This document shows positions 48,157 to 58,881 of a DNA stretch of 64,000 nucleotides, piece by piece (positions within the stretch are counted from its first letter, which is position 1; each line of letters starts with the position of its first letter). Origin of the DNA: an uncultured Chloroflexia bacterium (lineage in GTDB: Bacteria > Chloroflexota > Ktedonobacteria > Ktedonobacterales > Ktedonobacteraceae). A program made the translations under genes and the position numbers. The notes beneath the pieces were generated by a model. The model worked only from the letters and a program-made list of their open reading frames with translations, ran no database searches and was not told where the DNA came from. The stretch lies in contig CAWFFV010000034.1 of assembly GCA_963814985.1 (NCBI GenBank), forward strand, positions 110,749-174,748, given 5' to 3'.

Positions 48157-49261
48157 GTGGAACTGGAAGAGGAACAAAAAAATCCTGAAACCGAAGATAT
48201 GCCTCTTTTCTCTTCAGACAGAGAAGAAACAGCGATGGATAAACAGGACACAGTTAGCCAAAGCAGTTACGAGAAAATTCGACAACAAGCACATGAGTAT
48301 CTCAAATCTGGGCACTGGTCCCAGGCGGCTGAAAGCTTCCTGGAGCTACTCGATTTGAATGCGCAAGATGAAGATGTATTGCAAGGCGCGGCAATGGCAC
48401 TTGACGGGATAGGTCGCTATGATGCGCTCTTGAGTACAGCACAATGTCTTCTCGATATAAATCCAAATTCGGCCATGGGGTTGGCCTCGAAAGCACGTGC
48501 CCTGCAAAAGCTAGAGCGCCTCTCCGAAGCTATGATTGCCAATGATCAGGCCCTACTGCTTGACACGAACCTCACTCTGGCCTGGATCAATCGTAGCGGG
48601 CTACAAGTCTTGCAGCAGAAATTTCCTGAAGCCCTGCGCAGTTCCCAACGAGCGATCGAACTGGACCCCAATGACGCGCGTGCCTGGGCCAACCGGGGTG
48701 TGGCCTTGCTCAACCTTAATCGGCTCCCAGAAGCTCTGGAGGCCTTCAATCACAGTCTGGCTCAGAATCCCAATCCCAATCATCTCTTTGCATTACAGAT
48801 GAAGGGTGAGATCCTCTCTAAGTTGGGGCGTATATCTGAGGGTAATTACAACAACTCATGAGGCCCTGGCCATCGATCCCAAAAATGTTTTCGTGCTCTC
48901 GCAGGCTACTCAGGCTCTGCGTTCACTGGAACTCTACACGCCCTTAAAAGAGACCACCAGCGAACTGATCAAGCTTACGCCCGATAGCCTCTTTGCCTGG
49001 GAACACTATATGCGTGCGTTACGCGGTCTGGGTCAGTATACAGAAGCGAACGAAGCACTTGATCGTGTTCTGGAGTTGGACCCTTCCAATGTAAGCTTCT
49101 GGACCATGAAGGCCGATACACTCTACAGGTTGGAGCGCTACCGCGAAGCGGTCATTATAGCGGATCGTGCGGTCAGACTCAACCAGGGCTATGCTCCCGC
49201 ACATCGCATTCATGAGAAGTCACTGAAGATGATGTACCAGAGAAAAAAAAAGAAGAAGTAG
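48157..49261 (+). CDS. TPR-repeat protein, split by an apparent frameshift in the 48806-48861 overlap.
   Basis: TPR motifs continue across the ORFs 48157..48861 and 48806..49261, which are in different frames. Confidence 0.65.
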
Positions 49262-49329
49262 TCTTTTCCTCTATGTGAGCTTCACAAAGAGAGAGTGAGT
49301 GGCAGTTCTCTGCTCACTCTCTCTGCTCA

Positions 49330-50315
49330 CTATGTTGTCTGTGTATCTTCTTCCTGACTTACTCTCTTTGTATTTCTCCTCTTTTTTGTTGGGGTACTGT
49401 TGTCCTTCAACACATCAGTGTCAGCCGTTGTCTCTACTATCGAGGTGGTTTCTACCTGCTCCTCAATTATAATTGAGACAGTGTCACTCGTTGTCTCAAT
49501 GACATCCGGTACGCTGATTTGAGGCAGAACAACTGGTGGTACTAGAGATTCAGGGACAACGCTATCACCAGAGTCCTGTATCTCTTCCAGGATTAGTGCC
49601 TCTTCAGGGGCTTGCGTCTCTTCAGGAATTTGTGTCTCTGTCGAGGTTTGTACCTCTTCAGGGACTTGCGTATCTACGACAGGAGCATGATTGACAATGG
49701 GTATGCGAATGGAATTGAGACGTTTCTCATACCAGTTGCGCAAGTCTGCCATTGGTGTGAGACTCTACCACTCGCTTTTGTTCCTTGTTGTAAAAGTGTG
49801 GTGGCTGTTTCAGAGAAGTAGACAGCAATAAGACCGATACCAAATATGATGAGTGCTATGGGAAAAGCTGCCTGAGACCAACTGAAGACCAGTCCAAAAA
49901 ATACCCACCCGGCAATGACAGCAGAGTAGATCAGGGTTGCACCCCCTAGATCATCAATAATCCGAAAGGGGCTGTGGGGACGGGTACTAAACTGACCAGA
50001 GATATTGAGTGACTGTTCGATTTCCTTTCCAGCTACTACAAGGGCGTGCCTGAGCTGGAGTCCACGGAGATCGTAAATGAATAATCCAAGTGTAATAACA
50101 GCTCCAACAAAGGCTAACAGTCCCAGGTATTGGCTGATAAAAGGACTCGGTTTGCCACCAGTAAAAGGAGCACCCACTAAAAAAAATATTCCAGCTCCAG
50201 ATGCTAAAGGCAGAAATCCCAGCAATTTCGCGCGAAAGCCTTCAATGGCATGATAGCTCTTGCATATTTCCTGGTAGAAAGCAATTTTTGAGTCATCAGG
50301 AGAGTGATGTCCCAT
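49330..50315 (-). CDS. Small membrane protein (3-4 TM) with a long acidic C-terminal tail; the two overlapping ORFs suggest a frameshift near 49674-49752.
   Basis: TM helices (AGIFFLVGAPF, LGLLAFVGAVITLGLFIY, LIYSAVIAGWVFFGLVF, IALIIFGIGLIAVYF) are followed, in another frame, by a Glu/Thr/Gln-rich repetitive tail. Confidence 0.4.
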
Positions 50316-50497
50316 CCGGCATAAGTATTTCTCCTTTACCTGAAAAAAATACATTAATAGGATAACCTTACATCTGAGTCGATAAAAACACAAGAAATGA
50401 GTACTTTTACGTTTCTCTGTAACTCATCATACTAAGTGGCAAACGGGATATTTTTCATCTTAGAAAGATGGTGCCGCTCGGTTTAATGAGCATCTAG

Positions 50498-50668
50498 TAT
50501 CAGATATCCTTACCACCGCAAGTGGCTTACTCTCATTGTGTGGATGGTATTGTACCGTGGCGGAGATTGCAGCGCAATCTCCGCTACGGGCGATACCATC
50601 CACACAAAATAGCTGGCGAACTGCCGTGGGCAGTGAGGAATCGAAAGAAAAAAGAACACCTGAAGTAC
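50498..50668 (+). repeat. Divergent family-1 MITE copy.
   Basis: Reads TCAGATATCCTTACCACCGCAAGTGGCTTACTCTC-[imperfect palindrome]-AGCTGGCGAACTGCCGTGGGCAGTGAGGAATCGAAAG...ACCTGAAGTAC. Confidence 0.6.
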
Positions 50669-50782
50669 TCCATTCAATATAGCCGTGCTATACTATTCGC
50701 CAGTTCAAAGAAATTCAAGTGCTATAAAAGAGCAACATACTTAGCGGCAAAGGGAATAATCTCAAGAGAGTAGGACAAGTTC

Positions 50783-52178
50783 ATGGATGAGAGAACTGTC
50801 ATAGCAAACTTACAAGCTGCTTTTGGAATTGATTTAGAAGATGAAACATATGATGAGCAAGGTCATATTCTCTCGCTAAATCTGACTTATTTAAATATTG
50901 CACAACTACCTATCGATCTATTTAAGTTGACATATTTGCATGAGCTGAATTTGGGTAATAATCAGTTGAGTGAGGTCCCTGAGGAGCTAGGACAATTAAG
51001 GAACTTGCAAACACTCTATCTAAGTGGCAATCAGTTGAATAAGATCCCTGGCGAATTAGGACAGTTAAGCAACTTACAAACGCTAAGCCTGCATGGCAAC
51101 CTGTTGAGTGAGATTCCCAGGGAACTGGAGCAGTTAAGGAACTTGCAAACGCTCTATCTGGGTGACAACAAGCTAAGTGAGATCCCCCGAGAGCTAGAGC
51201 GGTTAAGCAGTTTGCAAATGCTAGATTTGAGTAACAACTTGCTAAGAGAGGTTCCCCGAGAACTGGGGCAGTTAAGCAGTTTGCAAACACTCTATCTGGG
51301 TAACAACCACTGATTGAGGCCCCCAGGGAATTAGGGCAGATTGAGCAACTTGCAAACGCTGAATGTGTGTGACAACTCAGCTAAGAGAGATTCCAGAGGA
51401 ACTGGGACAGTTAAGCAGCTTGCGGGCACTCTATCTGAGTAATAACCAGCTAAATGAGATTCCCCGAGAACTAGGGCAGCTAAGCAACTTGCAAACGCTA
51501 GATCTAAGTCACAACCTGCTCAGTGAAATTCCTGGCGAATTGGGGCACTTGACCAACTTAGAATGGCTATATCTGGATAACAACCAGTTCAGCGAAATCC
51601 CTAGAGAATTAGGGTGCCTGATTGGCTTGTATGTGTTGCATTTGAATAACAATCACCTAAAAGAGATCCCTCAAGAACTGGGTCAATTGGCCAATGTACG
51701 GATGTTGCATCTGAATAACAACCGCTGAGGAAGATCCCCCGGGAGCTAGGGCAGTTGACCGATTTACGAATATTACACCTGAATAACAACTCACTGAGAG
51801 AGATCCCTAGGGAGCTAGGACAGTTAACCAACTTGCAGACATTGGATCTAAGTCAGCAACGAGCTAAGTGAAATCCCCAGTGTGCTAGGACAATTAAATG
51901 ATCTTCAGGCGTTGAATTTGAGGGACAACCACCTGAGGGAGGTTCCCAGGGAGTTAGGGCAGTTGGCAAATTTACAAGAACTGTATCTGGGGAACAACCA
52001 TCTGAGGGAGATTCCCGAAGAGCTAGGGCAATTAAGCAATTTACAATGGTTAGATGTGAGTGACAATCAGTTAAGGGAGATCCCCAGAGGAGCTAGATAA
52101 GTTAAGCAATTTGCAAACGTTTAATCTAAAAAATAATCAGCTCAATGAGGTACCTGACGGATCAGGGCAATAATCTCA
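50783..52178 (+). pseudogene. Leucine-rich-repeat protein (23-residue LxxLxxLxLxxNxLxxIPxELGQ units), broken by multiple frameshifts.
   Basis: The 69-bp LRR units continue across at least 4 ORFs in different frames. The N-terminus MDERTVIANLQAAFGIDLEDETYDEQGHI is duplicated at 52197. Confidence 0.6.
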
Positions 52179-52196
52179 AGAGGATAGGGCGAGTTC

Positions 52197-53294
52197 ATGG
52201 ATGACAGAACAATCATAGCAAACTTACAAGCAGCTTTGGGAATTGAATTAAAGGCTGGAACATATGATGAGCAAGACCATCTCATCAGACTAGATCTCTC
52301 CAATCTCGGGCATTACACAATTGCCCATCGAACTTGCACAATTGATACATTTGCAAGAGTTAGATCTGAGGAACAACCAGTTAAGTGAGGTCCCAGGGGA
52401 ACTAGGGCAGTTAAGCAACTTGCAAATGCTAGATCTGAGGCACAACCAGCTAAAGGGAGATACAGGAACTAGGACAATTAAGCAATTTGCGAGAGCTGTA
52501 TCTGAGGAACAACCAGTTAGTGATCCCAGGAACTAGGGCAGTTAAGCACCTTGCAAAGGTTGGATCTGAATAACAACCAGTTGAGTGAGATTCCCAGGGA
52601 ACTAGGGCAGTTAAGCACCTTGCAAAGGTTGGATCTGAATAACAACCAGTTGAGTGAATTCCCGGGAACTAGGGCAGTTAAGCACCTTGCAAAGGTTGGA
52701 TCTGAATAACAACCAGTTAGTGATCCCAGGAACTAGGGCAGTTAAGCACCTTGCGAGAGCTGTATTTGAGGAACAATCAGCTAAGTGAGATTCCCAGGAA
52801 CTAGGGCAGTTAAGCACTTGCAAAGGTTGGATCTGAATAACAACCAGTTGAGTGAGAGGAACTAGGGCAGTTAAGCACCTTGCAAAGGTTGGATCTGAAT
52901 AACAACCAGTTGAGTGAGATTCCCAGGGAACTAGGGCGGTTAAGCACCTTGCGAGAGCTGATCTGAGGAACAATCAGCTAAGTGAGATCCCAGGGGAACT
53001 AGGGCAGTTACAGCACCTTGCAAAGGTTGGATCTGAATAACAACCAACTGAGTGAGATACCTGGGGAACTAGGGCAGTTGACCAACTTGCAAACGTTCTA
53101 CCTGGATAACAACCAACTGAGTGAGGTACTTGGAGAACTAGGGCAGTTGACCAACTTGCAAACGTTCTACCTGGATAACAACCAACTGAGTGAGGTACCT
53201 GGAGAACTAGGGCAGTTAACCAACTTGCAAACGCTGGGGCTAGTAGAATAACCAGCTAAGAGAGATCCCAGGGGAACTAGGGCGATTAAATAGC
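52197..53294 (+). pseudogene. N-terminal LRR region of the downstream ROCO gene, heavily frameshifted within near-identical 69-bp tandem repeats.
   Basis: It starts with MDDRTIIANLQAALGIELKAGTYDEQDH, a paralog of the N-terminus at 50783. It is followed by tandem LRR units with indels. Confidence 0.55.
52370..53290 (+). repeat. Tandem array of near-identical 69-bp DNA repeats (LRR coding units) with scattered 1-10 nt indels.
   Basis: Repeated units AACTAGGGCAGTTAAGCACCTTGCAAAGGTTGGATCTGAATAACAACCAGTTGAGTGAGATTCCCAGGG, including two identical 69-bp units at about 53085-53225. Confidence 0.8.
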
Positions 53295-56090
53295 TTGCAA
53301 AGGTTGGATCTGATTGGCAACCAGTTGAGTGAGATTCCCAGGGAACTAGGGCGGTTAAGCACCTTGCGAGAGCTGTATTTGAGTAACAACCAGTTGAGTG
53401 AGATTCCCAGGGAACTAGGGCAGTTAAGCACCTTGCGAGAGCTGTATTTGAGTAACAACCAGTTAAGTGAGATCCCCAGGGAACTAGGGCAGTTAAGCAC
53501 CTTGCACAGGTTGGGTCTGAGTAACAACCAGTTGAGAGAGATCCCCAGGGAACTAGGACAGTTGACCAACTTGCAAATGCTGTACCTGATTGGCAACCAT
53601 CTGAGTGAGATCCCCAGGGAACTAGGACAGTTGACCAACTTGCGAGAGCTGAATCTACGTGATAACCAACTGAATGAGATCCCTGAGGAATTAGAGCAGT
53701 TAAGTAGCTTGCAAGAGCTGTATTTAAGGAACAACCAGCTAAGTCAGGTACCTGTGAAACTAGGACAGTTGACCAATTTGCGTGTTTTGCAAATAGAGGG
53801 AAATCCCAACCTGTTAACACCTCCTCCGGAAATTGTGGCTCAAGGGACAGCGGAAGTATTGACCTTTCTACGGGAATTGCAAATTGCAAGCGTTACGCGT
53901 TATGAAGCGAAGTTGCTATTGGTTGGTGAAGGCGCTACGGGTAAGTCTTCGTTGTTACGATCACTGCGTGGACAAATGTTTGATACAAATCTCGATACGA
54001 CGCATGGTATTGAAGTGGATAATCTGCGGTTGCCTCATCCTCGTCTTCCCTCGCAGTCTGTGGTGCTTAATACGTGGGATTTTGGGGGACAGGATATTTA
54101 TCATGCAACACACCAGTTCTTTTTGACGAAGCGTTCACTATATCTGGTGGTGTGGAATGCGCGGGCTGGTACAATCCAGGGTAAACTTGATTACTGGCTT
54201 GATACGATTCGCGTGCTTGCTCCCGATGCTCCAGTTTTATTGGTGGCAACCCATATTGATGAGCGCTCACCGGATCTGAACGAGCAGCAATATCGCACCG
54301 CATATCCCCAGATTGTCGATGTACTGTCTATTAGTAGCAAAACTGGTCAGGGGTTTGAGACATTAAAGCAGGCTTTAGCACAACATGCGGCATCGCTTCC
54401 CCTGGTAGGACAACCCTGGCCAACCTCGTGGGTAGCGGTAGAGCAAGCACTACTGGTTCGTCCTGAACATCACATTGACGATGTAGCCTATATAAACATG
54501 TGCACTCACGAAGGCGTACAGATCGAGATGGCGCAGGGTACATTAGGCAGTTACTTGCACGATCTGGGCAAGGTGCTCTACTTCCGTGATGATCCTATCT
54601 TGAGAAGCATCGTTGTGCTCAAAGCCAATTGGGTTACCAAGGCGATCAGTCTAGTCCTGGAAGATCCCACAACGAAGGCTGCCAATGGTATATTGGCACA
54701 TACTGATTTATCGCGTATCTGGGCCATTGACGAGGATAAACGCCCCTATGCAAAATCGCTGTATCCCATCTTTTTACGCTTAATGGAGCGCTTTGACCTG
54801 AGCTATCAGATTGATCCCATGGTTCCTGGCCAGCATCCTACACATAGTCTCATACCCCAATTATTGCCCTACAACGAACCACCATCTGTAACACAGGTCT
54901 GGCCGCCCGTTATCGCGTCTCAGATGCATATCGAGATGATCTATCGTTTCGACTTTGTACCCGCAGGCATTATGAGCTGGTTTATTGTGCGTACCCATCG
55001 CTATACACAGAACCTGCACTGGCGCGATGGGGCAATCCTTGCCTATCAGGGGCATATCGCAAGGATTGAACTGTTTCCAATGCTGCGTGAGCTACGCATT
55101 GCAGTATGGGGAATCCAACCGTACACCTTCTTTGTCATCCTCAAAGAGACGCTGGATCTGATCTTGTCGCGCTTTGAAGGGCTACAGGCCAGACGTGAAG
55201 TACCATGTATTTGCCAGAGGCAAACAACAAAACCTTGCCACGAGGTCTACCGATATGAAGAAGATCTGGTTAGACGGTTTCAGCATAATAAGCATACCGT
55301 CGAGTGTCCAGCAAGTTATGAAGAAATATCTGTGCTAGAACTTCTTTATGGCATTCATATTGGTACAACATCACTGGTGTGGGCCAATGTTGAAGCGGGG
55401 CAACAGGAGATTTTGCGAAAGCTCAATACTTTGCAACAAAAAGATGATCTCTTGTTACAAAAAGTCAGCCAACTCACAGAATGGAATGTACGCAACTTCA
55501 CACGTCTGTGGAACCTGGAGATGCGCCGAATGGAAGCTGAGTGTCCCAATACTTTCTTCCTCATTCCAGACCGTCGAACTGCTTTTAACCCTAAAGAGTG
55601 GATCAGTCACAACTACAAGCTATTTTTAATCTGTCAGCATCCACCTGAGCCTCATATTGCTGACGAAGAACACGGCTATGATCTGAAAATGCCAAAAAGG
55701 TGGTGGACAACCGTTGCGCCCTGGCTCAAGTACCTCATCACCTTTCTCAAGTTCGGCGTTCCGCTCGGTGATGCACTGGGAGCCATCGTAGACACTGTGG
55801 ACTTCAAAGCCATCGAGAACCAATTGAAGTTGCTAGAGCAAATCACCGTGGACCTGCCAGAAATTGTGGTGGAAAGTGGCTCTTTAGACGCCGTCGAGAA
55901 GGAGTTGCATGTTGGTCGGGATCAAGTGGTAGGACCGGCGTTGCGTGTCTTGCACAGCTTTCTCGATGAGGTTGACAAGGCACACTATTGGAATGGGCTA
56001 CAAAGAGTTGTAACACCTGATGGCAATATTCTCTGGCTTTGCGCAAAGCATGCGCGACCCTACGAGGTGCAGCCATTGCAATTGGGATAA
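53295..56090 (+). CDS. ROCO protein: LRR - Roc (Ras-of-complex GTPase) - COR domains.
   Basis: LRR units are followed by the Roc GTPase P-loop VGEGATGKSSL, the switch II motif WDFGGQ and the G4 motif LLVATHID, then a COR-like region. This stretch is an intact 931-aa ORF. Confidence 0.85.
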   Translation: MQRLDLIGNQLSEIPRELGRLSTLRELYLSNNQLSEIPRELGQLSTLRELYLSNNQLSEIPRELGQLSTLHRLGLSNNQLREIPRELGQLTNLQMLYLIGNHLSEIPRELGQLTNLRELNLRDNQLNEIPEELEQLSSLQELYLRNNQLSQVPVKLGQLTNLRVLQIEGNPNLLTPPPEIVAQGTAEVLTFLRELQIASVTRYEAKLLLVGEGATGKSSLLRSLRGQMFDTNLDTTHGIEVDNLRLPHPRLPSQSVVLNTWDFGGQDIYHATHQFFLTKRSLYLVVWNARAGTIQGKLDYWLDTIRVLAPDAPVLLVATHIDERSPDLNEQQYRTAYPQIVDVLSISSKTGQGFETLKQALAQHAASLPLVGQPWPTSWVAVEQALLVRPEHHIDDVAYINMCTHEGVQIEMAQGTLGSYLHDLGKVLYFRDDPILRSIVVLKANWVTKAISLVLEDPTTKAANGILAHTDLSRIWAIDEDKRPYAKSLYPIFLRLMERFDLSYQIDPMVPGQHPTHSLIPQLLPYNEPPSVTQVWPPVIASQMHIEMIYRFDFVPAGIMSWFIVRTHRYTQNLHWRDGAILAYQGHIARIELFPMLRELRIAVWGIQPYTFFVILKETLDLILSRFEGLQARREVPCICQRQTTKPCHEVYRYEEDLVRRFQHNKHTVECPASYEEISVLELLYGIHIGTTSLVWANVEAGQQEILRKLNTLQQKDDLLLQKVSQLTEWNVRNFTRLWNLEMRRMEAECPNTFFLIPDRRTAFNPKEWISHNYKLFLICQHPPEPHIADEEHGYDLKMPKRWWTTVAPWLKYLITFLKFGVPLGDALGAIVDTVDFKAIENQLKLLEQITVDLPEIVVESGSLDAVEKELHVGRDQVVGPALRVLHSFLDEVDKAHYWNGLQRVVTPDGNILWLCAKHARPYEVQPLQLG

Positions 56091-56125
56091 TCGAAATCGC
56101 TGTTCTTGGAGAGCAGGGAAAAACG

Positions 56126-57580
56126 CTACACCAACTTCTCCAGTGTAGGTAGTAGCACATCATCTCGTCTGGCTTGTAACAGTGAGCGCAAGCGTTCGGT
56201 AACAACCACACGAATGCGGCGCTGGTGTTGTTCGTAGCGAGCAAGATCGTCGGATTGCAGACCTGTCACCGCTACCCAGGTCATCAGTGGGTCCATTCCT
56301 ACTGGTGGATGGGCAAAAGAGATCCAGACATCCATCTCCCACTTTTCAGGACGCGGAATATCGAAGAGGATCTCGTAATCGGCAATTTCTACCTCAAGGG
56401 CAGTGGCTAACTCAGCGGATAATGCTTGCTCGACGCGTCTCCGTCGCTCCGCATCCCAGAACAGTGCATCGAGACGATTGAAGAGGCGACCAGCGGGACG
56501 ACTCACTTCCAGCACAACTTTATACGGACGCCTCAGCTCCAAATCTGCTGTCAGGGCACGGGAACTGGCTGGCATCTGCGGACCCGCGAGAAGCACAAGC
56601 AGCGAAGCGTCATCCAGTCCTACCAGTTGTTCTGCTTGTAGCGTTCCAGCGGTGAGCGCGTCATGGACGGCACGCAGCAACATCACCTGCAAAGATCGGC
56701 TGGTGTGATGCCAGTAGATATTGTCAAACATCTCTTGTCGTGCATGTAGCAGTGAGTGCAAGGGGCTGATGCCCTTATGCGTGACGACAATCCGGCGTTG
56801 TTCATTCACATCGTTATGTATCCGCAGCGCCCCTACCAGACGCGAAACATCTACACCGCCATAAGGAACATTACAGGCACGAGCATCGCGTGGCAAATAA
56901 TCAAGTTTGTCGATATCCAGAGCTCCACTCAATAAGTGGCTCAGCAGTTCATCATCGGGATGTTGCGCCCTTGCTTTTGGTGGGTCAATAAAATCCGCGA
57001 CGCGTTCGGGTGAGAGGTGATAATCATGCTCTAAGATAGTGGCGATCTCGCTATTCTCAATGATCGAACGTCCCACTTTTTCGTGCAATACGATGGGGTA
57101 ACCCAATTCTTCTATTGTATGCGAGAAGGGATAGTGTCCAATATCGTGGAGTAACGAAGCAACTATCAGCGTTTGCACGCTACTGATCGAAACTCCGTAC
57201 AGTCCACCATCCTCACCACGGTGCAACAGAGACCGCAAGGCACGCACAGCCAGATGGTAGCAGCCAAGGCTATGTTCGTAACGCGTATGGGTCGCGCCAG
57301 GCCAGATACGGTAAACGAAGCCCAGTTGCTTTACACGCTGGAGACGTAAAAATGCCGGTGTATTGATAAGTTTTTCTTCGCGCAAGCCGAAAGGGATCAG
57401 ATCATAGAGGCTATCACGTACTGTGCTTACCGGATCTTCATCGGGTAGCAAAGGAAAGCCAGTTGCATCTCTCCAGGAGTGGTGCATACTTGCTTGCACA
57501 AGAGTTTCCGTAAATTGCTGATTGTCCGGGGAAGGACGTTTTGTGCGAACGCCCTTGGGACGCTCTTCTCGCATCTTCAT
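56126..57580 (-). CDS. HD-domain dNTP triphosphohydrolase-like protein (dGTPase/SAMHD1-like family).
   Basis: The HD motif context THTRYEHSLGCYHLA...LLHDIGHYPFSH is present, with the dGTPase-family architecture. Confidence 0.75.
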   Translation of the reverse strand: MKMREERPKGVRTKRPSPDNQQFTETLVQASMHHSWRDATGFPLLPDEDPVSTVRDSLYDLIPFGLREEKLINTPAFLRLQRVKQLGFVYRIWPGATHTRYEHSLGCYHLAVRALRSLLHRGEDGGLYGVSISSVQTLIVASLLHDIGHYPFSHTIEELGYPIVLHEKVGRSIIENSEIATILEHDYHLSPERVADFIDPPKARAQHPDDELLSHLLSGALDIDKLDYLPRDARACNVPYGGVDVSRLVGALRIHNDVNEQRRIVVTHKGISPLHSLLHARQEMFDNIYWHHTSRSLQVMLLRAVHDALTAGTLQAEQLVGLDDASLLVLLAGPQMPASSRALTADLELRRPYKVVLEVSRPAGRLFNRLDALFWDAERRRRVEQALSAELATALEVEIADYEILFDIPRPEKWEMDVWISFAHPPVGMDPLMTWVAVTGLQSDDLARYEQHQRRIRVVVTERLRSLLQARRDDVLLPTLEKLV

Positions 57581-57630
57581 AAGAAGATTCTATCAGATGA
57601 ACCACAACATTGTCTAATGGTCAGTCTATC

Positions 57631-57842
57631 GTAACTCCTCCGACATCTTTTTCTGGATTCCTCAGCGCCGAAGGCGCTTCGTGAGTTGTTTTATGCTGGT
57701 TGTGGTGTTTGCAGCGCAAACACCACAACCAGCATAAAACAAGAGCGAGCCACCACAAGTGGCGAGGGTATCTGAATAGTTACCGGGATGACCCATGACG
57801 AGGGCGAGCCACCGCCGGTAGTGAGCAGATCTGAGTAATTAC
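57631..57842 (-). repeat. Inverted-orientation family-1 MITE, followed by a family-2 TIR fragment and an additional solo family-1 left arm.
   Basis: GGATTCCTCAGCGCCGAAGGCGCTTCG is the reverse complement of the right arm. It is followed by the perfect palindrome GTTTTATGCTGGTTGTGGTGTTTGC-AGC-GCAAACACCACAACCAGCATAAAAC, then AGAGCGAGCCACCACAAGTGGCGAGGGTATCTGAATAGTTACC, then GGGATGACCCAT, then GAGCCACCGCCGGTAGTGAGCAGATCTGAGTAATTACC. Confidence 0.75.
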
Positions 57843-57990
57843 CAAATGACGAAAATATATCAATATAGATACTGGTGTATCACATGTTTTCAGTATATAA
57901 TTATTCTATCCTCACTGTGGTGAGGACGCGACGGAAAAGCTAACCTGTCGCATTGCTGTTTTTTAACATGAAGGGTCTGATAATACATTT

Positions 57991-58881
57991 ATGGAAACAC
58001 AACCCCCAGTTGTTAAACTACTCGTTATAGATATTGATGGAACACTCCTCAACCCTCAAAAACAAATCACGCCTCGCACTATGGCAGCAGTTAAGGCAGC
58101 ACAACAGGCCGGCATCATCGTTACTCTGGCGACTGCACGACGCTACTATAATACCCTGCCCATCGCCACTGAATTGGGAGTGGACATTCCTCTTATTCTC
58201 TGCGATGGCGCGTTAATCGTAGAGCATCCTCATGATATGGTTCTCCATACACACTCACTACAGGCCCACATTGCCCAGCAGGCTGTCGATATACTGGTGG
58301 ATCATCAGATCCAACCCGTTGTACATCATATCAACGGTAGCGTAGAAGAGACGTGGACCGGTCCCAACGAATACGATAACGATTGGGTCGCGGCCTACCT
58401 TTCTTCTTGTCCTGGCGACCTGCGTCGTATGCATCACTCTGCATGCTGTACAGGACAACCTGATCCGCTACGTGTTGTCGCCTTTGCATCGGAAGAACGC
58501 GTCAGGCAATTAATACCTGAAATCTCCAGTCTGCCCTGCTCGTGGAATATGACAAAGCGCGGCAGTTATGGTAGTGCTGAGATTGGCGTTCTGGGGCAAT
58601 CCTGCTCCAAAGCCAGCGGTGTCACAGCACTAACACGCCACCTGAAGATCCCACTTGATCAGGTTATGGCTATTGGCGACAATAACAACGATATCGAGAT
58701 GCTTCAGGCTGTCGGCTGGGGAGTCGCGATGGGGCAGGCCTCTGATGAAGTAAAGGCCATGGCCGATGCTATTACCGCCAGCAATGCCGAAGATGGAGTG
58801 GCCCTGGCAATCGAACGCTATGCATTGCGTTGTGAGTCCAGTGCTGCTTCAAACTCTTTTAACCGTACCACCTGTCTGTGA
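57991..58881 (+). CDS. HAD-IIB (Cof-type) phosphatase.
   Basis: HAD motifs DIDGTLL, T(L)ATARR and GDNNNDIEML are present, with a Cof-like cap. Confidence 0.85.
   Translation: METQPPVVKLLVIDIDGTLLNPQKQITPRTMAAVKAAQQAGIIVTLATARRYYNTLPIATELGVDIPLILCDGALIVEHPHDMVLHTHSLQAHIAQQAVDILVDHQIQPVVHHINGSVEETWTGPNEYDNDWVAAYLSSCPGDLRRMHHSACCTGQPDPLRVVAFASEERVRQLIPEISSLPCSWNMTKRGSYGSAEIGVLGQSCSKASGVTALTRHLKIPLDQVMAIGDNNNDIEMLQAVGWGVAMGQASDEVKAMADAITASNAEDGVALAIERYALRCESSAASNSFNRTTCL

Noticed and set aside
50900-53800. The regular 69-bp periodicity was initially suggestive of a second CRISPR-like array.
   Set aside because: The units are contiguous with no unique spacers, and they translate to canonical LRR motifs (LxxLxLxxNxLxxIPxELGQL). 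This is a coding tandem repeat and not a CRISPR.
8977-57842. The family-1 elements were considered as integron attC sites (conserved ends plus a variable palindrome).
   Set aside because: The ends do not fit the RYYYAAC/GTTRRRY core consensus. The copies are scattered singly rather than forming a cassette array, and there is no intI nearby. The TIR structure fits MITEs better.
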